This document shows, one piece after another, positions 1 to 15,100 of a stretch of DNA of 64,000 nucleotides (the stretch's first letter is position 1; each line of letters starts with the position of its first letter). Source of the DNA: Antedon mediterranea (Eukaryota > Animalia > Echinodermata); contig NC_092672.1 in assembly GCF_964355755.1 (NCBI RefSeq), positions 18,179,237 to 18,243,236 of the forward strand. Reading direction: 5' to 3'. The position numbers were made by a program, and so were the translations under genes. A model generated the notes under the pieces. That model saw only the letters and a list, made by a program, of their open reading frames with translations, was not told the origin of the DNA and did no database searches.

Positions 1-11
1 AGCAAACATAC

Positions 12-48
12 CATCTAGGTCGTGCCCACAGATGGTTCTCGAATACAT
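12..48 (-). CDS. Possible first coding exon of a gene leaving the window to the left
   Basis: ATG at 48 gives MYSRTICGHDLD G|gtatgt donor; AAAATGGCG motif near 67-75; no homology recognised. Confidence 0.25.
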
Positions 49-1776
49 AGTAATTTCTGCGTTAAAAAAATGGCGATTTTAAATGACAATAATACATGTC
101 GTTTACAGGAACTAAAATTAGGTTTTGTATGGGATTGAGGGATGGGGAAGAGGATAGGTGCAAAGAGAAACAATTTTCAAATATATTCTTTATCCATCCA
201 GTAACGAAATATTAATTGTTTTCATGTTTTACAAATAATTTAATGTAAAACATTGCGATTTAATACTTTGTTGAAACTGTCACTGTCATAGACGATTGAA
301 ATAGTAAAGTACATGTAACGATACATCACTACAACGTTTACATTTTTTTTGTAATTACAGTATTAATTATAAACGTTGAGAAGCAACTGTCAGTAATAAA
401 GTTTATTTGTATATGTGTTTTTTATATAATGTAAAACAGTTTCTGTAAAACACCTATTCGGGGCAAATCGTAAATTCACTTTAATCGGTAATAAATAACT
501 ATCTAATTTAATTTAATTAGTAGGCCTAATGGTTTTCAGTTGTTTCTTGGAGCCAATTCATACTTAAGTTGCAGTAACTGTGCAAACAACTATGCCTAAA
601 CGGGCCCTTAGAAAGTTATGTGATGGTAAAATGAGAATTTTAAAATGAGAATTTTAAAATGAAAAATAAACTAGACTTGAATTGCATGGAATCGGCCTGC
701 CACATTCCTGTCTTACTATCTTATGATTTTAACTGTCTGATCAATTGAAATAAGAAGTACATTCAGGGGGGTGGATGGTGGTTGAACTGCAAAAATAATG
801 TTGATTGTACAGATATCCCACCTCTGCAGTCACATATTTTTTTTAATGGATCGAATTTCTGTTATGAGTGCACTTGTCATTGTGTTATTACGCTTGAGGG
901 AGAAGAGAGACTGGAATGTTCCATTCATTGCCAAGCAATACGTTTGTATAAACGTATATTAAATCTATTAAAATAGTAGTAGTAAAGCCTGTCTACAACA
1001 TTATGATGCTGTACTCGAGCTGTTTAAACAATTTTCAGCTATTAAAAACAATTATCGTAGAAGAAGATAGGCAAATGCGAAGCATCCTCGTATTATTTTT
1101 CGGCATTGACATCCATTAGACAGTGTATACCACGATCCAAAAACACCCCTATTTGGGGCAGATTGTTGAACCTAAATTCAGTTTAATTGTCAATAACGAA
1201 TTATCTGAATCAATTTAATAAGAAAACAGGGTTACATCAGGTGGTTGAAATCAGTACCGAAAGTACGAACCAACTTTATATTACCATCGAGTAAACATTC
1301 TAGAAATAACGCTCAAAATTGTAAGTGGGTACAGGAAATAATTTTAACAAAATGTTACCAATATTCAATTACATTTTTTAGGATCATAAATAAAATCTAA
1401 GATTCCAATGAGTTTACCTTCGCCGTGGCATTCTGTTTCATTTTTTAATTGCCGTGGGTTTTTAAATTGCCGTGATATTTTGTGAAAATTGCTGTGACAC
1501 TTACAGGCCACTGTACCAAAATGAATCTGTCAAATTAACAAAAATTATTTGTTTGTTTTTCTAGTTAATGCACTATCGTGAATTGTCTTAAAAAAGGATC
1601 CAATTAAAAATTAACTTGTAGTGTGTACCATCTATATTTGTTTTAAAAAATTATTTTCATTTATGTCTTGGCCTAGACTCTCGTCTTGCAGAAAAAAAGT
1701 AAATATTGTAAAGTAAAAAAAGTAAAAGTAAATTTGTTATACTCATAAAATGGAACAAATACTTTCTTGTGTTATT

Positions 1777-2258
1777 AGGGAGGTTTCGCAACCTTAAGAA
1801 TACGATAACGAAAACGGATACGTCATACATTTGTGAAACTTTTGAGCTGATCCCCATTTCATATTCGTAAAGCGTATTCGTGTTGACGAATATCACCAGT
1901 CATATTCGTAACTACAAAACGAGTATAGTTTTTGATCTATTTTTGCACATTTTGCATTTGAATTAGGAATGATTCATGATTATAATATAATTATAGATTT
2001 ATTGAAAGTAATTTACTAAAATGCCAAGTCAATTTTGATAAATAGCAGTTTTTAAAGTCCTCACTCGCTTTGATGTTACGCTAGGCCTAGGCAACCAAGC
2101 AACACGTACCTGCGCTTCGTTCAAATTTACCGCAGTCATATTTTGGACGCGCCTCAATATTTTGTTGCCATGCGAAACAGATTTTTACTGGCTTACGAAA
2201 ACGAATACGTGTGCGTGACGTATCCGTTTTCGTATTCGTAAGATTGCGAAACCTCTCT
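1777..2258. mobile_element. MITE, PIF/Harbinger-like
   Basis: TIR AGGGAGGTTTCGCAA..GAAAACGGATACGTCA / TGACGTATCCGTTTTCG..TTGCGAAACCTCTCT, with 3-bp ATT duplication on both sides. Confidence 0.7.
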
Positions 2259-3083
2259 ATTGCTATTATTTTTACAAGGTGAAATAGAATATTTCACCTC
2301 ATAAAATTATTTGTACCATTGCACTCATAAACATTCATTATTTGTATTATTTGTGTACAATTGTTCAATCAAAACACTCTAATCTGGGACTAGTATGAAA
2401 TTAATGATAAATTGTCTTTCTATATTGTATTGCAATTCTCAAATTTAATAGCATGATTAGCAATGAAATACACAAATGTTTCACAAAACAATAACTATAC
2501 TAAATAAAGGGCTAATATTAATGTTCATTTTTAGCACCAAATCAAACTTTGAATAACAAATTTTTATATAAACATACCTACACAATAAAGTCATAACATT
2601 TAAAATAAATAATGATACTGTTTTTCAAACTACAATATAGGCATATACAACTTTTTCTTAATTAGATACACAATTATATATATCAATTAAAAGATCAATT
2701 GTTCCATGAGAAATGTAAGGCTTGCATAGAAACATTGCTTTTACAGATAATCTCTCTTATCACTGATGCAAAATAACTAATCATGGAATTTCTTTTCATA
2801 TCCTACATATGATTATTTTCATTATTATAAATCACAAGTTTACACATACACAAAATATATTTGGTTTTAACATGCTAAAAACATACAAAAGATACAGCGA
2901 AATCACATCATATACAACTTTAGAACAAACATCAGCAACAATAATTGAATTGAAACTTAGATACTGACATTTCATTGAGCACACTTATAATCAATATACA
3001 TACACAAAATACACAGAGGTATAACTTGTAAATAAACTTTTAAAATACTTTGAAGTATACACAAAGTAGTTGATTGTTGATAT

Positions 3084-3113
3084 TTAGATAACAACATGAA
3101 GAAAATCACAGTC
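3084..3113 (-). CDS. RPAIN: RPAIN exon 7 (last coding)
   Basis: tttcag|DCDFLHVVI-TAA, completing the terminal CxxC. Confidence 0.85.
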   Translation of the reverse strand, partial: DCDFLHVVI

Positions 3114-6100
3114 CTGAAAGATACAAAAATAATAATTAATTGTATTACAGTATGTTTGTTTTGCAGCTAAATTGTAAGCTATACTGGGATTGGGTGCAGG
3201 TGAATCTAGATAGCAACTACAGCCTGACAAGGAGATCCTTGAATATTCACCTATTTTTTGACTACAGGTTGCAGTGCTCATTTGTACATTGTATTTTGTG
3301 TATATACTTTTTTGTAAATCAAAGTAGCTGTAGTTAGTATGTTATTGCTTAAATTTTCAATATAAATACAAATATAGGATACAAAACACTTCCGTCCGTT
3401 TCATGCTAAAGGCTATTGTGACAAAATGGCAAAATACAAAACAAAATTCATGTTTTTTTTTCATATCCATATTATACATGCTTACCTCACATGACATCAA
3501 TAAATTCTGACTGCCAATCATATCCAGTGAATTAACAGAAAATACAGGCTGACCAAGACACATACTGTTTGTATGCAGATCTACTCCATCACCTAACTGT
3601 TGCCTTACATTACTAAGCGTTAAACAGTCTTGCTGTAAAAATAAAAAAACGAATGATGTCAATTTATTAATATTATTTGGTTTTTAAAGATATAGTGTCC
3701 TCCAAAAACATGAAAAATCAAGATTAATTAAATCAGAGTTTGAATAGGTTATTTTGTAGTTTTAATAAAGTTCATCACTTCCATAGAAAAAAAAAAATGT
3801 TTTCACTTATAAAATGACAAAATTAATTGTTAAATTCAATCAAACCCCACTGGCTGGTAGCCAATTTTCCTATTTTTTCCTTTAAATTACATTTTTTTTC
3901 AAAAAAATTTTTTCAATCCAATTTTTGGTCAAAGTGGAGTGTCTTATATGACATTAAAATAGCATAATTCAACAAAAATGTTTTTAAGAATTATTAGTCA
4001 TCCACACCTTGATGGATAACGCCTTGTGATTGTATGAGGTCATCAACTTTTTTTCTATATTATTAGTTATCCGCAATATGCGGTTAACTCCTTGTGATTG
4101 TATGAGGTCATCAACTTTTTTTCTATATTATTAGTTATCCGCAATATGCGGTGAACTCCTTGTTATTGTATTGGATCATCACTATTGTTTTCTGCATTAT
4201 TCTTTCTCCCTTCCTTTTTTGTGAGTTACGTTTCTCTAAAACGTGTAAACATAACATTTCATAACTTTGACAACATGTGGACATTTACGTGAAGTTGTGC
4301 ACCTCCTATTTTCGACGTCAGAGTTGGGCAACGCGCGATTTTATGAATTGAACGAGCACAAATGTGCGATACTCGGGGCACAGTGATTTTCTTTTCAAAG
4401 ATACCAAACATGTCTATAATGCGAAGATTTTCGTAAACCGGAAGTGACGTCACATAACCCGAAATGACTTTATGACAAAAATTATGAATCTCCAAGTAAT
4501 TTCCTTTTTAAATAATATGAAACACGGCTTAATTTTTTAAAACCGGAAGTGATGACGTGATAATTATACATCCGGTTATGTTTTTTTATTCAGCCACAAT
4601 AACCTATATTTTCCAGGATTAAGTTCATTGCATGATACGGATTTTTTAGGGTGGATTTAGACGATAAGGATTTTGCCAGGGTGGGTTCATTCTACGTTTT
4701 TGCAAGGGTGGGTTCATTCTATGACTCTGATTTCATCAGGATGGGTTTATAGACGATACGGATTTTGCCAGGGTGGGTTTATAGACGATACGGATTTCAT
4801 CAGGATGGGTTCACGAAGTACGAAAATTCTCTCTCTACAGCTTTGTTCACCTATTACCCTAGTATATGCATGCCATGTTTCAGAGCCGTCAGACGACGTG
4901 TAAAGAACTAGTAGGGCTTGAAAGTTGGTTTAATAGTGTCAAGATGGAAGAGGACAAGATGAGAGAGTCCTACCCTGAGTAAAAACCAAAATTCATTTTG
5001 TATTGACACTTGTCGAGATTTAAGGACATATTGGTGTTTGGTATTATAACCTTTCACCCTGACCTTTTGACCTTTCGCCACATTTTCAAAATGTGTAACC
5101 AAGCCAAAAATTATTGTTTGACCATCCTAAGCCAATTTCTGAAATTAAATTCTCTGGACCTATATGAAAGTTGATCTAGCTACCAGAGTATCTATAAATG
5201 ATGTTGACAGAGCTTATAATTTATTTCATACTAAGCTCAATGAACATTCGTAAATAAAACAAACCTTGGATTACAGACGGTATAATTAAATCCATTAATA
5301 AACGCAATAAACTCTACAAATTGACCAATCTAACCTGTGTTATATCTAGAAACTATTTCAGAAACAAATTTAATACCTATGGGAATGATAAAGAAAACAT
5401 GGCAAACTATTAAATTGATCCTCGGTAAAAATAATAATCGCCGACTTCCGTCTTTTATCAAAAACAATAACATTAAAATCACCGATCCGCAAAATATTAC
5501 TAACGAATAATGTGTGTGTATTCTATTTTTTAATGTTTGTTTAAATTTATATATATATCATGTTTTTAATTGTACTAATATATACTTGCCAATCTTTAAG
5601 AAGAATTTCTTATTTTATATGATAATGGAAAAATTAAGCTATTCAGTATCAGTATTCAGAAAGTATGTGGGATCCTGAAACTATAGCTGAAAAGCTACCA
5701 AAACAAGAATGAGTTTGTGACAAAACCGATTTACTCACTAATTACTGTGCCATATATATTTTATCAAGCCTTCATGTCTTTAATATACAAATACTGAATA
5801 TTTACAAAGTATAATAAAATAATTGTATTTGTTTTATAACACACCTGCTGTGAATTATTATTATTATCATTTTTTGTGTGGAAGTCTAGCAATATGAAAA
5901 AATTTAAGCGAAAATGATATATAGACTCGCATTTATAGCCATCAAGATAGAGCTGATATGCGATTTTTGTTTGCTGTTAAAACCATTAAAGGCACCTATG
6001 TTTTTTCAATTTAAAGTCACAAACTTCATTTTATGTAAAATTAAATACTCTATGGGCCTATTGCAATAATTTGTTCACCTTTAAATGGTAACAAATGTGA

Positions 6101-9100
6101 AAAATAAGTAGATTCTAACAATGTTAGCGCCCTGCTATAAATATTGCATATTGCATTGAACGCACAAAACAAATGGAATAATCATAACTTTTCAACAAAA
6201 ATACTGGGTCTATTTTGTCATAAAAAGAAAGATAATTAATGCAGCAACTAGACAGTACCAGGCTATAGCTAGCGTACAGCAACTAGACAATACCAGGCTA
6301 TATCTAGCGTACAGCAACTAGACAATACCAGGCTATAGCTAGCGTACAATGTTTGTAACAATACTAGCAGGTGGGTGGGTTATAATACTATCTAATAGAG
6401 GATATTTAAATCCTGTATAATTGTTTCCTTGATCTGGAAAAACCTCTGATTTTCTTGCCAACACAAGATGCCATGGGTACTCTATGATTTTTACCAACGC
6501 ACCCTCAACACCATCGAATAAATTGCCGGTAGGCTGTGTAACGGTATCGTCTGATAAGAGAAACAAAAATGTATAAACAAATCAATGTATAATTGTGTCC
6601 ATTTAAAAACTACTGTATACAATGTATGTGTTTACAATACATGCCTACTCACTGTTGTCATAGTCATTGTATGACAAAGTATATACAGTACTTTATTGAT
6701 TTAACAATGTCAGTATCATTCATATTGTCTATTCTTTTAATTGTGTAGAGTACCTTTCTATTCCACCCTCTACCATTTGCTCCGGATCGCGACACATACT
6801 GCCATTAAGAGATTTGTAACATGGATTTAATATCACGGGCTCAAACCATAGGTGAATTGTAATGCAATTTTAAAAAAGACTATTATATAGCATTTCCTTA
6901 ATATGTTTAATGCTTAAAATGTAAACATGTTACTACATAAATGAACTAGAAAGCCACTACGAGAGTGCATACCTCCGCCTACTGTAAAATTCTCCTACAT
7001 AAGATTTCTCCGGTAAAATAAACACCTGTGAGTTGTACTAGTACTACTAGCCAGTTGGTTAAATTACTGGTAAATGGAATGCAGTTTATGTCGGTATTAA
7101 TTATTATTAGTATTATTATTACCCTAATTTTTTTTAAATCTATATAGTCTAGTAATAGTAGGCCTAGTAATGCACTGCAAGGTCTTGCTAGCCTAGGTTG
7201 GGAACAATTTAATTGTAGTCTGGTAGGCCTAGTTAGGGCACTCACCTTACTAATAATAGGTCTCTAGTCTAGCCTAGTACTACTCTACAGTACTACTCTA
7301 CTACTAGTTAAGTAGGCTAGGCCTAATGTAAATCAACTACCAAGTACCATTACAAACCTAACTTACCATTCTCTTCCATGCCTTGTATGCAGGTTTGCAG
7401 GTGATCCAAACCGTTCTAGGTCCCTTGCCCGGCGAGTCTTTAGAAAGCTCTCTGTCCCCAGAGGGTAATCCCGGTCTTTCCTCTGGACTTTGTGAATTAT
7501 TCTCAAAAGGTCTTGCGCCTACTACTACTAAACTAGTAGATTTTACTCTAACTCGTCATCCACATCACACATCACATCACATCAATGGGCTTTCATCTCC
7601 ACTAATATCCATGCCTAACTAACGCGATTTACACAGTAAAGATTAGATACCTCTGTCGCATGAACGAAAATTAAAATGTCGTCATTCAAAAATAAATACT
7701 GATTAAGCTAACTTACTTATCCAAGAATAAAAATTCAAAGGCATAAGTAATTAATTCCATAGTTTGTGTCAATGATTTACTTTAAAATTCCTATCTCTGT
7801 AACACAAAAGTTTCTTTTAGTGATGTCACAAAAAGGTTTTCACACGTTCCGATCCCAAGGGGCATTTTGAGGGGGTTGTCGTCGTCCAAAACATTTAGTA
7901 TGACAAGCTTAAAACAGATTGATCTACACGTTGAGCCAATAAAATGATATTGCGAGCTCAGTATGTAATGTGGTCTTTACATACACATTTTTATTTATAA
8001 TCATTTAAGACTAAAATAAACATGTGTGTGGGCCATGGTATTAAAGAAAAAAAAATGTAACCTCCGTCTGAATCCTAAGTCCACATGCACAAAATATTAC
8101 ACCTTTATTTTCCATAAGTCCATTTCTAAAAAAAAATTTAAAAAATGAATGTTGCATATTCAAATAATTTCATTGCTTGTCAGATTCAAAAGTTAATTTT
8201 TTGACTGCAAAACATTGGCCCAAGACGACTATGATTTTCACTCTTTGAAATAAACTATTGCAGGCAACGACTGTACAGTGTGCATAGTCTAAGAGGTCTT
8301 TTGTTATCCCGTTATCCAATGCGTTCTAATAGAGACATGCGCAGCACTTGTACTTTGCAATTTCTAGTATAGGCTAATGTATAATTTATATTGCTAACTG
8401 AACATATAATAAAATAGAATAAAATAATTAGATTATTGGTAATGTTTCATTATAATAGATTTACACTAACCTCTTACAGATAGGACAGGTGACTACTTCT
8501 TTAGTATGCATATTAGCAACTGATGCACACAGCACTTCTTCCTCATGCTTTAAATGTGCCTCATATTCTCCAAGTAAAGTTTGCTCTAAATCAAGTAAAA
8601 TTATTTAAAATAAATATTATCAGGCAGCCTAAACAACATTACAATATTAGTTATAATGCAATTAGAAAAGCTCTGCAAACTTATATTTGTGTGTGTTTGA
8701 AGTATAGTACAAGGTACTGTAAATAGATTACATTATTCCATTGTCTCCAAAGACGGACACATACTGTACATATATCCGACAAAATAAATTTTAAGACTGT
8801 TTTTCTTTTCTTTAAATTTTAAAAGTTTGTTCAGATAAATGAACATGTATTACATGTCAAGCGTATGTTTGGCGCAATCTTTATTATATATTTTGTATTC
8901 TATTCATGGTTCCATGTTGCTGTCATATCCATCACATTTATGGAATATACAAAGATAGAAAAAAACGGGTTACGAATTATAAAATTATTAATTCTTTGAT
9001 ACTATACAGTATTTTTTTCTCGATTAATAAAAAAAATGATTGTTTTAACATATTAGTATGATGTTATAAATGTCTTCTTTAAGATTTGATTTGAGTATGT

Positions 9101-12100
9101 TTACAAAAAAAAAAAACCCAGATAATAACAAAAAGTCATATCTGTCACTGGCCGTCATCCCCGTCACAACAACAAAAATGGGAAATGTGACGGAGATGAG
9201 CGTGATGGAGATGATGTATTTAGCCTGGACAGCCCAGCAGACATACTGCTAGATACCGTGAATATATTGTACTTCCAGTTAAAAAAAGACCAGACATTAT
9301 AATTATTTAATGAGTTTTATACTGTTCAGATATGACGTTCAATAAAGGTACGCAACTGTAATTTGTCTAAAACCTCATTTTCTTTTTTTTTATCTTTTAA
9401 TTTTATTGAAAATAATGTGCGGCTAGTTTTATTTCCATATCTTCGCACGTTTACAACACACAATCAATTTTTCCCCACCTTTCCTTAAACTATAGACGGG
9501 ACATTTAAAATGTGTGACAATTATATGACACAAAACTGCGGGAAATTTTCATGAACAAAAGTCCTGTTATAAAATATATGCAGCGATCATAAAATTGAAG
9601 ATGTACGATTGGCACATGAGGTTTTAGGGGGTTGCCCAAAACATTTTTATAAAAATTAACAATATCAATGTTATTATCTTTGGTTTATGTAAATAATTAT
9701 TAAGTTAAGACTTTGTGTAACTTGGTAACTACTGGGTGTATTGGAATATTTTTTGTGCCAAACTACTCAGAAGACCCATATTTCTATCCACTCTAATGGG
9801 CAACTTTTGCAAAAGTGGACGGAAACCCCTTTTCTGACCACTGGTCAAGAAATTGGCCATATGAATATCTGATTCTCAGCAACCACTGTCAGAAAGTGAT
9901 AATTGTGGTCTCAAATTACTCGCAAAGTATATGTTTCTATTTCTTCTAATGTAATAAAAATCATAAACTGTCAATAAACCCCTAATTTTGACCTTTGACA
10001 TATAGCTGGCACAAACATTTTGGCTTGGAGAACACTTTTCATATCTCAGAAATTGTTGGGCGGATATGGTTGTAGTTGGTGTCAAAATACTCAGATACAC
10101 ATTTCTATTCACTTTAATGGACAACTTTCGCCAAAAACGTAAGACTTTATTTTTTATCATTGGTCAAGAAAATAGTTCATATCAATATCATTCTCAGCAA
10201 CTATTTTTGCGCGTAGCACACTTTTTTAACAACTAGCGAATGTTGTCTTGCTTAATATCAAGATTTAAAATGCTGAAAAAAATATCTTGATACCATGTTT
10301 ACTTCCAGAGATATCTCAGTCTAAAGTTTTGGTTGTTACAATCAGTTTTTTGAGAAATGCTTTTAAAGGAAAGTAACAGGAAATGACAAATACAAACAAA
10401 TAAATAGGGCAATAAGGGTATTCTAATTGTTTTATTTCAATGAAACTTCGCACCTTTGTTAATTAACTATTGTTCTATTATGAACAATTTTCATTAAAAT
10501 CAACAAGTGTTCAATTTAAGCATAAACATGATAGGTTTTATAAAAATCATAATTTACACCATCTTTTTATCCAACATGCCACACAGATGTTAAATTGTAT
10601 TTATTTATTTGTCTCAAAATATAAAAACACCAAGGTAATGTAAATAAATATTGTTTCAGCTATCATTTTCTGTAAAAATAAATTTGTTTTTTATTGTTTT
10701 TGGCTATTTCTACAAATCTACACATGCGACTTATGTCCAATTTCGCTTGCTTGTGCCACATATGTTACCAAACAACCACCGCACATAACTCCCTCCATCC
10801 CCAACACCTCTTTGAATTATAATCCATCCCGATAGGCTCCTATGTACAGGATTTTAAAGCAATGATCACAAATATAAACATATACATTGTGAACAATTGG
10901 ACACCAACATTGGCTCCCTACGACAACTATTTATCAATTTATATTATTACAATATTAAGAAACTTATAAATTTATGTCAATAACCACACTTCCAGTCATT
11001 TTCAAGCAAGCTCAGAACTGTTAAACTGAATATAAATATACATCTTGGGAACAATTTGCTCCTACTGTAGTTTTAATTCTGTCAGACATTAGATATGGCG
11101 AACAGAGGTCAAAATTGTTGAAAATGGGTTTTCCAGTAAATTTTTAAACAAATATTCTATTACTATTAGAGCTAATATAACCACATACATTGTGAACAAT
11201 TTGACACCAAAATTAACTCAATACAATATTCATGTTTGTATGAAAATAGTGGCCATTTTGTTTACGTGATAAACAGCACAGTAAAATACATGATAAACAT
11301 GATATTTCTCAGTTTTAATCTCAATAACTTCAATCTACACCAATGTCCACAATCAACTATCAAATGATTCAAAAGTGCATTTCACCAATAAATGCATTAA
11401 AAGTAGACGCATTCCACTCTCCATTACTGATGCTCTTTTGGCGCTCCATAGAAACGAAAATATTGAACATTGAGTATGCGAAATTTGTGAATAGTGTGCG
11501 AGAAACACATCTGTAAACCAATGTTTATTTATAAATAATACCAAGTATTTATTTGTTCCTTTTTGTGTTAATCTCTTTCATAAAAGTATGAGGCCTAATT
11601 CTAAGGTGTGGTATTCAGGTTAAAGTTAGTTGAATTTGGAGTCAAAATACAAGGCAGGTGTGAAAAGGAAACACCCCTGAAACCAATGCAATAAATATAT
11701 AACAAACAAACCGTCAAGTTTGTTTGTTGTGAAACAAAGGTTTATATTTACTCTTATACCACGCCTTTGAAACAGGTGAAAATATTGTGAGTTTATTTCT
11801 GTTTGTAATAAATATTTAATTAAATTTATAGTAAAAAGCATTAATAAATGAAACCTACTATGTTTAAAATTATGTATAGATCAGCTATTATTGTTTTTAA
11901 GCTGTCGTAGAATTTGTAATCTAAGGTCTTGGGTCTTACTGTACATTTTGTGATCTTAGGTCTTAGGGGGTTTTAGGTTTTGTGGTCTTAGGTTTAGTGG
12001 TCTTAGGGGGTCTTAGGTTTAGTGGTCTTAGGTTTAGTGGTCTTAGGTCTTAGGGGGTCTTAGGTTTAGTGGTCTTAGGTCTTAGGTTTAGTGATCTTAG

Positions 12101-15100
12101 ATCTTAGGGGGTCTTAGGTTTAGTGGTCTTAGGTCTTAGGGAGTCTTAGGTTTAGTGGTCTTAGGCCTTGGGGTGTCTTAGGTTTAGTGGTCTTAGGTTT
12201 TGTGACACCCTTAATGATACAATCTTTTAAGTTGAACTCTAGCTGCTGTAGTATCCACCTATTACTGTACCTAGAAGGCCAAAGAGAAAAACCAGGCATA
12301 GTATAATAAGAGCTGGGCGTGAAAAACATACTAAAAATAATCATATCAATAATCAATCTCTAATCAATAATCATTTCTGGATTTATCAAACTCTCTCTTA
12401 TCTAAAAACAATATCAAATTTTGCAGTATTAATATAAGATCATTTAGGAAAAAAAACAACAGAATTTGTAGATTTCGTTTCGGAAATGTGGTTTAAACCA
12501 GAAGAAACATCAGTTATAGGAGATATTACGACCAACAGATACTCTCTATGTAGGTACTAAAAGAGGTGGTGGAGTTGCACTTCTTTAAAGTGAAAGCATA
12601 GTGGTTAAATGTTATGAAACAGGATTATTATTACCAAAATCAGTTAAACTGCTAAATATCATCCTCAAAGCGAAAACGGGTTGCAGTCTAAATGTTTTCA
12701 CTGAAGAATTCTCAACTTTGGTTGATCACTATTTATTGAAGCTCCCATACGTTGGAGACTTTATCATCCATGTGGATATGCCAAATGATGCAGATCACTT
12801 TCAGAATCTACTTGTGGCAAGCATCTTCAACAGCATGTGTCTACACCTACACACCAACATGGTCATACATTAGACTTGGTGATAACTCGTTCATCTGATC
12901 CTCCTGTTTTCTCAAACCTTAATGTCATTGATGGTATATCAGATCACTATGCAATCACATGTAAGAAGCCACCAGTAATCACCAAATCCATCGCAACTCT
13001 GGAATGCTATAAATTTTAAACATTGTGTAAGGATATCACACAGTCTGATCTTGGAACCTCGCTCTCAAAGCTTGATTTATCAAGTAAAGTATGACTATAT
13101 ATCACCACTTTGAGTGAACTTCTTGACAAACAAAAAAAAGAACAGTAAAGGTCCGACCAAAGACGAGTTGGTATAACAGTGATATTTATGCTGAGAAAAG
13201 AACAAAGCGTAAACTTGAAAAGAAATGGAGAATCTGTCATCTTGAAATAGATCGTCAAGCTTACATTGCACAAAAGAGGAACGTAAATTCCATGTTAAGA
13301 AAGGCAATAAGCCAACTACTAGATTGGCTTGTGTGAAGAACATGCAGCAGATCAGAAAAGACTGTGTAGGCGCAGTCATTCCAATAATAACAGAAATCAT
13401 TACCATTCTCTTAATACCGGCATAGTCAAGTTGTTGTTGTTTTAAGAAAAAAAACATAGAAATTCTGTTTGCTCTGTTGGCAGGACACAATATCCAACGG
13501 ACACAACATGCACTAAAAAAATAAACATTACAAAAAGTGTCTACATTATGTCTACGGCTCTAATAGCTCCTGGAAAGAAACTGTTTGTAAATCGTGCCTT
13601 ATTGGCCTTAATAGAACAAAATCGCTGACCGCTGCGCATCGACTGGAACATACTAAAGGCCGGATGAAATTGATCATCTTTGATAGCCACTGCCTTTTTC
13701 AGAAGACGATCCGAAAATATGTTCTCCAAAGGCAATTGTGCAGATCCAATTATATGCGATGCAGTCTTGACTATTCTATTTAGGTCATGTGTTTCATTTT
13801 CGGTAGCGTTATAGAACCATACCGATATGACAGTTACTGTAGTAGGTAACAGTCATAGGTAAATAAAGAAAAAGAAAGGGCGACACTACACAGCCCTGTG
13901 GTACACCTGTATATAATAGTGCTAGATGAACTGAAAATTGCTCATGCTCGTCCTTCAATAAAAAATCAAAACAAAAATTACCGCCCGGTGTCGAACCTTT
14001 CTTTTCTTGGAAAGACCTCACTCATTACTCCATATCTTCTATTAGAGCATTATATAAATGAGAATAACCAGTCAGCATATCGTGCATGTCATAGCATAAA
14101 GAGTTCCCTTTTAAAGGTACAGAATGATTTGTTACAAGGAAAATAATGCTATTAGTGTTGTTGGATTTGTCAGTCGATACAGACGGACATAACCCGTCTG
14201 AAAAATTGCATTGGCATAAATGGTGTTGCTCTTACTGGTTCCAGTCATATCTTACAGAAAGACGTCAACTTGTCTGTATCAATAATGCATTCTCAGATGA
14301 AGTTTGTCTGGAATATGGTGTACCACAGGGGTCAGTTACACAAACACAGTATACATAGGAATATGGTGTACCACAGGGGTCAGTTACACAAACACAGTAT
14401 ACATTTCCATTTCTATGCAGATGATAAACAGATTTATGTGTCAGTAAATCCAGTTCAGAGGGATGTTGCTGCAGCAATCAGTAAGTTGGAAGCCTGTATA
14501 AAAGATGTTCATAATTAGATGACAACAAATTAACTAAAGTTGAATGATGGAAAGACCAAGTTTATCATCGTCGAGTCCAAATGTAACATATCCAAAATCA
14601 ACATCACACATATCAGAATCGGAAACTCTAATATTGCTCCCTCATTGGTGGTCCAGAATTTGGGAATCATGCTGAATAGTAATCTGACTATGGAAGCACA
14701 AATAACAACTGTATCTAAAGCAGCATGTATATTGATCAGGAACCTTGGTCGTATTCGCAGTAATCTTAATCTTAACAGCTGAATTGATTGTACACTCATT
14801 TTTCACTTCTAAAATTGACATTGGTAATGCCTTGTTGTATGGCATACCAAAATCTCCAATACAACGTATGCAGCGCTTGCAAAATATGGAAGCTAGAATT
14901 GTGACTTACATATGATCATATAACTCCTGTTCTGATAGATTTTCATTGGTTGGCTGTTCAACAACGTATTAAGTATAAACTGGCGTTGTTCATTTTTAAG
15001 ATCCTAAATGACAGCACTTCAGCTTACTTATCTGACCTTGTGGATCGTTATGAATCATCCCGCAGAGGCCTACGATTATTGTCACAAAACCTTTTTCAAG

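Larger units (their letters stand above)
5990..7976 (-). mobile_element. Decayed Kolobok-like DNA transposon region
   Basis: TTAA|AGGCAC at 5986-5995 and GTGGTCT|TTAC at 7970-7980. 5990-6360 is the reverse of the TTAA-flanked repeat family at 21338, 31720, 35776 and 62226. Encloses a P2X7-ballast-like pseudogene. Confidence 0.55.

Noticed and set aside
6339-6566. 75-aa ORF as an independent gene or an RPAIN exon
   Set aside because: RPAIN is complete without it; only its end (EVFPDQGNNYTGFKYP) is meaningful, as part of the frameshifted ballast-like pseudogene.
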